Assembly (NCBI GenBank): GCA_008369845.1
Contig: MRSU01010481.1
Span: forward strand, 1-51,550
From: Trichomonas gallinae
Taxonomy: Eukaryota
Length of the DNA stretch: 51,550 nucleotides
Direction: 5' to 3'
The notes under the pieces are model-generated. The model saw only the letters and a list, made by a program, of their open reading frames with translations, searched no databases and had not been told where the DNA came from. Shown here piece by piece: positions 31,183 to 39,681 of this stretch (its first letter is position 1; each line of letters starts with the position of its first letter). Both the position numbers and the translations under genes were made by a program.

Positions 31183-32715
31183 ATGTGGATTAAAGAAGAG
31201 AATGAAATAAATATTAATGAGGTAAAACCAGCTGATCAAAACACTGCACATGATGAGGTAATTAAATTCGAAAGCAATGATGAGTTCTGTCATTGGATGA
31301 ATGATGCAATTATTAATTTCTTCGAAGCAATGAATAATGACTTAAATATTGCTTTAAATATCATATCTGATGTTGCTAATGCACACATTCAGGATATTAG
31401 CGAGTTTTATCAATTACAAGATATTATTGATGTATATCAATCTACTAATTTTATAGGGAATTCGATGACAATACTTAATGCAGCTGCAAGGCCAGTTAAT
31501 ACTAGCGAACTAGAAACACTTGAGAATGAAATATTGGAAAAAGTTTTAACAATATTTGTTTTGGTATCAGGAGCATCACTAGCTGTGGCTGAAATGTTAT
31601 ATAATGAACATTTTCTAGAAATTTCACATAATATGCAAATGAATGAACTAATTTCACCGAATAACTCATTATTATGCATTGAAATCTACTCCAATCTATT
31701 CAAAATATGTCCTCCTGCTGTATTAATTGAAGCATATAATTTAGAAATAATTTCGTTTTTAATTCAACAAATATCGCATGAATTTCGTGCAGATGAGTCA
31801 CTAGAACGCCCAGATACAGTTATATGTGAGTGCCTTAATTCGTTTTTCCAACGCGCAATCAAAATTAACGAAATGAATATTAATGAGATATATCTTCAGT
31901 ATATACAGTACATTCCTCAAGTGCACTTGAATGCTAGGATTCATATAGTTCGTCTCATATACTTTTTCCTGGCCAATCACACAATAATATTAAAAGATTT
32001 CCTCAAAATGCAAACTCTCGATAAAAGATCAATAATGCTCTTTATTATTAATCAAATTGGAACATATGGCGAAATGTCTAATCTATCCATCAAGATTATT
32101 AACGTTTTACTGAGATCCGAGCTTCCACCAAAGATAATCTACAAATATTTCATCAAAATCAACTTTGGACCGGTAATAAAGATTATATCTGAACTGAGTT
32201 CGAATGATGACAGAACAGTCCATGTCTTGCATTTAGTGAAAAACGCAATCAACTTAGATTTCATCGAGAACGTTCCTGAAAAATTCGCCGCTGATGGACA
32301 GTTTTTCAAAATTTTGCTTGACTGCGACATTCTCAAGTACATCCTTGTTAATTTCGAAGTGGCCTCGCATTCACTGAAATTTGCTGTTGTTGATATCCTC
32401 TGTCTGGCAATAGAATTCGTTTTGAAGTTTTCTTTTAATGATGATGGTATTGAGTTTTTGATCGAAACAAAAATATTTGATGCTTTGATTTCTTCCATGG
32501 AACTCGGCAATAATGATATCACTGCCAAAATCATTATAGCATTAAGAAAACTCATGGAGAATCTGCTGCGATCGAATCAAGAAGATTTTCAGAAGGTTCA
32601 TGAAATCCTGTGTGCAAGCGAAATTCGCGATGCTCTAATGGAATACGAAGACACAGATTTAGACGAAATTGCACATGAATTTTATTCATTTTTATTCCCT
32701 GAAACTGAGGAATAA
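31183..32715 (+). CDS. ARM/HEAT-like alpha-solenoid protein
   Basis: 510-aa acidic helical-repeat ORF with a layout similar to the 17934 gene. Confidence 0.7.
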   Translation: MWIKEENEININEVKPADQNTAHDEVIKFESNDEFCHWMNDAIINFFEAMNNDLNIALNIISDVANAHIQDISEFYQLQDIIDVYQSTNFIGNSMTILNAAARPVNTSELETLENEILEKVLTIFVLVSGASLAVAEMLYNEHFLEISHNMQMNELISPNNSLLCIEIYSNLFKICPPAVLIEAYNLEIISFLIQQISHEFRADESLERPDTVICECLNSFFQRAIKINEMNINEIYLQYIQYIPQVHLNARIHIVRLIYFFLANHTIILKDFLKMQTLDKRSIMLFIINQIGTYGEMSNLSIKIINVLLRSELPPKIIYKYFIKINFGPVIKIISELSSNDDRTVHVLHLVKNAINLDFIENVPEKFAADGQFFKILLDCDILKYILVNFEVASHSLKFAVVDILCLAIEFVLKFSFNDDGIEFLIETKIFDALISSMELGNNDITAKIIIALRKLMENLLRSNQEDFQKVHEILCASEIRDALMEYEDTDLDEIAHEFYSFLFPETEE

Positions 32716-33010
32716 CATTTTTATGTTCTTGTTTGTAAAAAAATCATTTTTGTCAATATGATACAATGATAATTAAATTTAAGATCCCGCTCACATACGA
32801 GGGAAAACAATTATTTTCCAACACATATTCTAAATGGTAAATATGTGAAGGACATTTGTATGTCCTGTTCGCGTCTTCCTAAAATCAAACATAAATTATA
32901 TTTTTAATCTAACAATTGTATAGAATGTCAACAACATTCAAATTGAAGCCTAATAAAACAAAATATATACATTTATATCTTATATACATCAGTGATGTCT
33001 AGAATGTATT

Positions 33011-34258
33011 TTATGAGTTACTAAACACTCCTGTTTCTTTTTCATAATCAATTACATCTTTTTCTTTTAATAAGCTAATATAGTTTATCCATTTCCTTGA
33101 TTTTCTTGGACAAACATCTAAAAGATTGTAAACCAAATCAATATCTGCATAATACATGTGTACAATTGGCGCGTATTCACTGGATTTATATTTGTGAATT
33201 TTCCCTAGCGCTTTCTCTTTAGGAGATAAGCCAAGTGTAATCATTATTCTTGAATATGCTTTTTCGTAATGTATTTTATATGGTATATTATCATTATCTA
33301 TCAGTTTCTTGAGGAATAACAGATTGAAAAACGCCTGATCTGTTGTCTTGATACTATAATAATCTGATGGATCGAAAAAGTTAACGTAAAGATCTAAAAA
33401 GCTAATCATGTCAAAACATGAACCAATTACCTGCCCACTATTAATGATTTGCGTGTTATTCCACTCTTTTCGCATTGGTTCATACCAAGTTATCCATAAC
33501 CTATCATTATTGCTGGCATTGTAGAAATTCATTTGCGACACGAACTCAAGTTCTTTCATATGGAATGGATAAGTAAATGGATCGGCTTGAAAAACAATAT
33601 CATACAAATCACAAATTAAAACATTGCGAATGTATTTCTGATTAACTATTAAAAAGTCCCTCATCACAATGAATCCTATTGAAAATATGCTGATTATGTT
33701 GAATTCAGGCAGTTTTCCGAAGTTAATCACGTTCATTCCGCAATCATCTAAAACACTCATTGTTTCGTTGTTTATTTTGTTGTATGCATCGGAATCAACA
33801 AATAAGAAAACTGAGGCTCTCGATTTTACATGTCTAAGTGTCCGAATGAAAAGAATTAAGCTTTTCACTTGGCTGGCGCAGTAAACTAATATAACATCTG
33901 ATGGAATACTGTGTCCATTCTTCTTTGTGCGTGATGTATAATTGCAAGAAGGACATTTTGAAAAATCAGAATTTTTAAGAAGCTTTTCATGTGATTTTTC
34001 GTACCATTTCGTAGTATAGTTGTAGGAAGGAACTGAAAATCGAAGCATTGAGTTATATTTTTTGATTTGATGTTTTAATATTTGAGATTTTGAAGTTAAA
34101 CGAGAAAATTGAGGAATGATTTCAGTAAATAAACTAACAGTAACGATAATGGCAGCAGTTGCTATATAGTATTTAAATCTCTCTCGTTCTATCCTAGTAT
34201 GTGAAATCTGAGATAATTAATTATGTCTTGTAAACAATACTCTTTGACAAATAATCAT
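33011..34258 (-). CDS. GT-A-like glycosyltransferase (type II membrane); 5' end problematic
   Basis: ICDLYDIVFQADPF (DxxD), INSGQVIG, TDQAFFN and IVHMY. The frame stays open upstream of ATG 34048 through a TM helix, up to TAA 34219..34217. An in-frame ATG lies at 34258. Confidence 0.65.
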
Positions 34259-34436
34259 AGTTTACTTGTCAATAATTATTATTGATAACTTTATTCGTCA
34301 AAAATATTTTTGAAGAATTTACTTGTCAATTTTAAAAATTTGATTACGTTATTTGTCAAAAAGAATTTATTTGTCAAATATTTTTTTGATAACTTTATTT
34401 GTCAAAGAATTTTTTTGAATAATTTACTTGACAAAA
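34244..34436. repeat. Tandem array, unit about 29 nt, core TTTAYTTGTCAA, between divergent genes
   Basis: GTCA cores at 34268, 34297, 34325, 34355, 34373 and 34401, with a TGACA variant at about 34430. Confidence 0.8.
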
Positions 34437-34456
34437 ATTTGGACACTTTTGCAAAA

Positions 34457-35779
34457 ATGTCTGAGTATCCAGCTGAGTTAAATGCAGCAATTCAACTTCA
34501 AACAATTGTTAATAGTTTGAATGAGGACAATGCAACATCCAGTTTAGAAACGATTATGTCCTCTATTTATGTTCAGGAAGAAAATATTCCTGATTTATGC
34601 CGCGAAATTGTCAGAATGGTCCCAATACGTTCTAAAAACATTAAATTATACGCAAACTTCTTAACAGAAATTGCAAAAAAGATGCAAAACCAAGAAGAAT
34701 TCGAAGCAACACTTTTAGACATCATTGTCGACGAAGATGTTCCACAACTCACATACCAACTACTTAAGAACGACATTTTCGATATTCGCGACGTCAACAA
34801 GAAGAGTCTTACATGCAAAACATATTATTTCTTCGATGAATTCAACGATGGCAGCGTTTTATACGATCTCGATGTCTTCAAAGACAAGCTAAAGAACGAA
34901 GCATGGAAGGCACCGCTTGAAGAACTTCGTGATAATTTGTGGTTAGCGGATTCTCTCGCTTTAGCCATAAAGAACGACAATGTCGATGCCGCACAAAAGA
35001 TTCTCATTGCATCAGGCGACCAAATTGACTGGGATCAAAAAATCAAATGGAGCGAATTCGAAGTTTGCGAGGCTCCGCCTTCTACATCCATTCTCGGCCT
35101 CGCCGCTTTCTGGGCATCATCCAAAGTCTGGCTTTTCGCTATAACAAACGGTGCAAAGATTGATGCTGATGTCGCAAAGTGCTCAGTGATGGGAGGAAAC
35201 CTGGACATCATCAAAGAATGCGCGGAATTCATTGATAACTGCAATGAGTACGCGTTCATCTATCACCACCATGATGTCTTCGATTGGCTCCTTCAACGCG
35301 GAGAAACATGCAATCTTACACCGATCGACGCCATGATGGCCCACGACTACAAGTTCTTGGTAGACCTCGTGAAGAAAGGCACTGACATCAACACGCTCTC
35401 GATCAGTGAGTCCGGAATTTCACCTCTAATATTTGCTACACAGCATTCTCTGAGAAATGTCATCAAATACCTGGTAAACAGCGGTGCAACAGTAGATCAG
35501 GCAGATAGAACTGGTCTTACTCCACTTCACATCGCAATCAAATCTGATGATGTCAAAACTGCTGAAACTTTGATACAATGTGGAGCAAATGTTAACGCGA
35601 AGGACTCTAAAGGTGCAACACCACTCATGCAAGCCTGCATCATCGGATCTATGCGCTGTGTTAAATTATTATTATCAAACGGTGCTGATCCAAAAATTGC
35701 TGACAACAAAGGCAACACACCTGCAAAGCGCACATTTAACATCGATATTCAGAAGCTGCTTGCTGGAGCTTCTGCCTAA
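34457..35779 (+). CDS. DUF3447-type ankyrin repeat protein
   Basis: First ATG at 34457 (MSEYPAEL). AIKNDNVD, LAAFWAS, SVMGGNLDII and YHHHDVFDWL, followed by canonical ankyrin repeats (GLTPLHIA, GATPLMQA). Confidence 0.9.
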   Translation: MSEYPAELNAAIQLQTIVNSLNEDNATSSLETIMSSIYVQEENIPDLCREIVRMVPIRSKNIKLYANFLTEIAKKMQNQEEFEATLLDIIVDEDVPQLTYQLLKNDIFDIRDVNKKSLTCKTYYFFDEFNDGSVLYDLDVFKDKLKNEAWKAPLEELRDNLWLADSLALAIKNDNVDAAQKILIASGDQIDWDQKIKWSEFEVCEAPPSTSILGLAAFWASSKVWLFAITNGAKIDADVAKCSVMGGNLDIIKECAEFIDNCNEYAFIYHHHDVFDWLLQRGETCNLTPIDAMMAHDYKFLVDLVKKGTDINTLSISESGISPLIFATQHSLRNVIKYLVNSGATVDQADRTGLTPLHIAIKSDDVKTAETLIQCGANVNAKDSKGATPLMQACIIGSMRCVKLLLSNGADPKIADNKGNTPAKRTFNIDIQKLLAGASA

Positions 35780-36156
35780 GTTTATATTTCTTTTTTTGTA
35801 TAGAGATTTTCATAAAAATTAATCATTTTCAATTATATATTCTAAATTGTTTCGTTTTTTTTTTTCCAAAATGCTTCGATATAGAAAAAATATTATCTTT
35901 CCATACTAAATAACTCGTTTTGGGAAGCAAATGGAATAAAAATAAAGATTTTTCTGATTTACAAAATAATATGGGTAATGCAGTCATAAACCATATGTGC
36001 AACTGTATATATACTACTACTTTACACGACAAAAAGCTTATGTTCGGAAAAAAATCATTCAAATCTTTATTTTTTTTTAACAACTTCAATAGCATTCAAA
36101 TAATTCTTGTATTACATGATATAAATTCTTCAATCTTTCAATCCGAACTTCTTATT

Positions 36157-36538
36157 TCATTTTTCGAATATGAGTTTCTTTCCATTCGAAGACACCATTA
36201 ACTGCTTTCTTGTGATTACTGTAAGTCCATCAATTGAGTTATTTAGGAATGATTTGCTGCTTACAGCACCACTTTTCGACCAAATCTTATCACTTTGTTT
36301 AAATTTAATGCAATCACCACCAAAATATCTTCCACCACCTCCTGCACCGGATGTTCCTATACTATAATTGCCATCACATCCATTAAATCCCATTGTTTCT
36401 TCATAGTATAGTATCCTCCTCTAGTACCAGAACACTTCATCTCATAGTATCCAGCTGGAAGTCTACCTTTTGATTCCTTGCCAACATCGGAATTCACCAT
36501 TCAAAATAATAAACAAAGTAACTTTACTATGGAAACAT
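36157..36538 (-). pseudogene. Remnant of a glycine-rich (ALK/LTK GRD-like) family gene
   Basis: Pieces LPAGYYEMKCSGTRGG and SGAGGGGRYFGG...SGAVSSKSFLN lie in different frames, with early stops and an apparent large internal deletion. Confidence 0.6.
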
Positions 36539-36618
36539 TATTATTTTTTGATCCTTTTAGGTAGAATATGTGATAAATGTTTGATTTATGTTTCATTTTT
36601 TATATTAGACAAAATTAT

Positions 36619-37845
36619 ATGGATTACTATGATGAAATACGCGAGAAATTGGACGTAATCCGTGATAAGGACGAATTCAAGGATGAATATGATCGTCTTT
36701 ATGCACTATTTTCAGAAGAATCCGGCAAAGAAATATATTTGATAATTGCAGAATGGTTTTCAGAGCAAAATAAGTTAAAATTCGAATCATTCCTTAGGAT
36801 TTCACCATTATTACGCCTATTATTCGATAGATTGATCAAAGCAAACAAATTTGTGATGAATGAATTCATCCAGTTTCTGTTTTCTCACTGTGTCAGTAAA
36901 ACAGACGAACAACTAGCGAAAATCTATACAGTTTTTACATCGCCAATGATGGAAGAACCAACACAGCCATATATTTATTTTATTACTGCAATATCCAACA
37001 GATTAGATCCAGTTCTCACAGAAAAACTAACACTTCCCGAGGATAAGTTCTCAGACATACCAGAAGTCATGAAAATTGCAATTTCTCGAGCAGCTTCTTT
37101 ATATCCACAGAATTTTAGATCATTAGGCTTAGATCGTCTTTGTAGCATACTAATAGCAAACTCACGAACCAGTCTAAGAGAAGATGGAGTCATTTTATGT
37201 TCAAAAATAACAAATCCTGAAAATTCGATCAAAATGTTTAATTCCGTTTTATCTGTTGTACCATATTTAAGCACAGCTGAGGCTGCAATGAGTGGATGGG
37301 AAACATGCCTGAAAATCCTTCACAAAATGAATGTAGAAGAAAGATTTCATGCAATTCGTTTAGCATTCGAAAATCATAATATAGCTGATACAGCGCGTGT
37401 TTCATTGGCAACAGAGTTGATTAAACAGATCAGAAACGGACAAGGAACGATTTTTAGATCTCCAAATTTAATTCCTGTTGTTGCTCATATTTGTGACCCA
37501 TCTATACTTTCGAGCCCAATAACCCATGTCGAAGTCGTCATATCTATACTAACATTTCTCGTTTTCTTTCAGACATTTGAGAAAAAATATCGCTGCTTTA
37601 TGATTCTTGGCACGCCATCAGAAAATGAGCTTCGGAGGTCTATAGAATTGGCTAAAAAAGGTATTGCTGAGTCTGAAAAGCAAAATAACAAGCCAAAAGA
37701 AGAAATTCTCAAAAACATGAAGAAATCGAATTTTGGAGAAAATATGACTATGGATGATGTAGAAAAGGCTGTAAAAGCTACCAAAATCTCAATAGCAAGA
37801 ATAAAATATTCAATATCAGAAGTTGAAGAGATTCTTGCCAAGTGA
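36619..37845 (+). CDS. Glomulin/ALF4-like helical protein
   Basis: LKILHKMNVEERFHAIR, EVVISILTFLVF and C-terminal MTMDDVEKAVKATKISIARIKYSISEVEEIL resemble the glomulin C-terminal helices. The start is either 36619 or 36577. Confidence 0.5.
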   Translation: MDYYDEIREKLDVIRDKDEFKDEYDRLYALFSEESGKEIYLIIAEWFSEQNKLKFESFLRISPLLRLLFDRLIKANKFVMNEFIQFLFSHCVSKTDEQLAKIYTVFTSPMMEEPTQPYIYFITAISNRLDPVLTEKLTLPEDKFSDIPEVMKIAISRAASLYPQNFRSLGLDRLCSILIANSRTSLREDGVILCSKITNPENSIKMFNSVLSVVPYLSTAEAAMSGWETCLKILHKMNVEERFHAIRLAFENHNIADTARVSLATELIKQIRNGQGTIFRSPNLIPVVAHICDPSILSSPITHVEVVISILTFLVFFQTFEKKYRCFMILGTPSENELRRSIELAKKGIAESEKQNNKPKEEILKNMKKSNFGENMTMDDVEKAVKATKISIARIKYSISEVEEILAK

Positions 37846-37888
37846 ATATAAATAGAATAAATATACTACCTGTTTGATTCAAAACAAC

Positions 37889-38739
37889 TTATTTTATTTC
37901 GATTGCTTCAACCATTTCATCCCAATCTTCCCAATTAGCGAAGAAAGTTCGTGTTTGGTTCATCATTGTGACTGGAGCTGTGTCAGATGCCGTTTGGCCT
38001 CCATTATTTCTAATGGAATCATCTGCTCCTTCTGCGAGCAAAATTTTGGCGACATTAAAATGAGAATTGGAAATTGCATAGTGCAAAGGTGTTGATCCCG
38101 TGCTATCCTGTGCGTTTACATTCGCTCCAAAGCTGATTAAAGCGTTTGCAAAATTATACGCATTTAGTTTTGCAGCAATGTGAAGAGGAGTTGTTCCATC
38201 CTTCGCCGCACAGTCAATATCAGCTCCAGCAAGAAGAAGTGGATCAATAACCGATGAAAGTGAAGCAGATGCTGCATAATGAATTGCATTAAACCCATTT
38301 TCTGTTTTAGCGTTAGCATCAACACCGGAAGCCAATAGAGATAAGATAACGTCAGCGCTTCCATTCATTGCGGCCAAGTGGAGAGGAGTTTGAAAGTCAT
38401 CGTTCGCAATACTTGCGTCAGCGCCATTCCTTAAGAGCAAATCGCATGCTGACCTATGCTTGTTAGCTGCTGCACAATGGAGAGGAGTCCAATTAAAATT
38501 TTTTGATGAATATCTAAAGTTCGAGAATTTATATCTATTTTATCAAGAAAATAAGTTATACACGTCAAACTACCATATGCTGCTGCAAGATGGAGCAAAG
38601 TTATGCTCTTCCTCCATTTCCCGCAAATAGGGAAGCTATCAACTATTGGCGGCTTCCCTGTGATAGATTTCTTCACCTCGTCGAGATTGCTTGATATAAC
38701 ATACTTAATTACCTGATCAATCGTTGGCTGTGAACTCAT
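37889..38739 (-). CDS. Ankyrin repeat protein split by a 17-nt insert (join 38739..38512 with 38494..37889; 277 aa)
   Basis: ORF1 reaches ..DKIDINSRTLD and a second frame continues NWTPLHCAAANKHRSACDLLLRNGAD into four further clean ankyrin repeats. Confidence 0.8.
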
Positions 38740-38923
38740 AATTATTAATAAAGGGAATTTCTACAAAAAAAAGGGGAAGTATTGTCACGTTTATTTACAA
38801 CAAAATTTGACATGTAATGTTGAAAATCTGATTTTATTGACAAAAAATCATTATATGGGGGAATTCCTCAAAAATAATGAAGATATAAAAGTATAAGTTT
38901 ATTACTCCGTAGAATCAATTTCA

Positions 38924-39230
38924 TTAAAATGAGCTGAGGAGTTTGACAACTTCATGATGGCCATTATATGAAGCCCAAATCAAAACTGTTTTTGTGTTAA
39001 CATCCATTCTAGCAACTCCGAGAAGGAGTTTGACAATTTCTTGATGACCTTGTAATGGAGCATAAATCAAAGCTGTATTGTTGTATTTATCTTTTGCATT
39101 GACATCTATTCCAGGAACTGTGAGAAGGAGTTTGACAGCTTCATGATTACAATATATTGAAGCCAATAGCAAAGCTTCTTTATCATTACTGAATCTTTGA
39201 GACTCATTTGGTATGAATGGATGTTTTCAC
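38924..39230 (-). pseudogene. Ankyrin repeat gene fragment
   Basis: VKLLLTVPGIDVNAKDKYNNTALIYA..GHQEIVKLLL. There is no in-frame ATG, there is a 5-codon deletion in the second loop, and the frame stops early. Confidence 0.75.
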
Positions 39231-39681
39231 GAACGAGTTCTATTATGAGGCGAGCGACATGAAAGTTACTTATAATGATTAAATAATTAAAAATGATTTT
39301 GTAATATCCGTTAAAATCATTATCTAATGTGATACGATTATTTCATAGATTTTGTCAAATTTATCTTTTGTTTCTTTTTAAATTTCCAGATCATTAATAT
39401 TTTTGATCGTGTGTTCTTGTGAATACCAGCTGTGACTCAGAAAGTGACATTTGTTTGGATTGAGAATTATTGATATCTTTATTTTCGAAATATTCCTTTT
39501 GGAATACTTTTCAAAATGTCATATTTTTTTGGAAGAAAAAAAAAAAAAAAAACTGACACAACATTATATCGAATATTTTTGATTAATTTATAACCATTCT
39601 CGTTATTAACGAATAACCAGTTTTCCATAATATATTAAATTAAAAAAAATCGAAGTAAAAAGCAGAGAGAAATGTTTTTAA

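Noticed and set aside
38492..38513. U12-type (AT-AC) intron reading of the ankyrin insert
   Set aside because: ATATTCAT only loosely resembles ATATCCTT, there is no AC end or U12 branch site, and AT..AT or AT..AA boundaries (22 or 21 nt) do not restore the frame.
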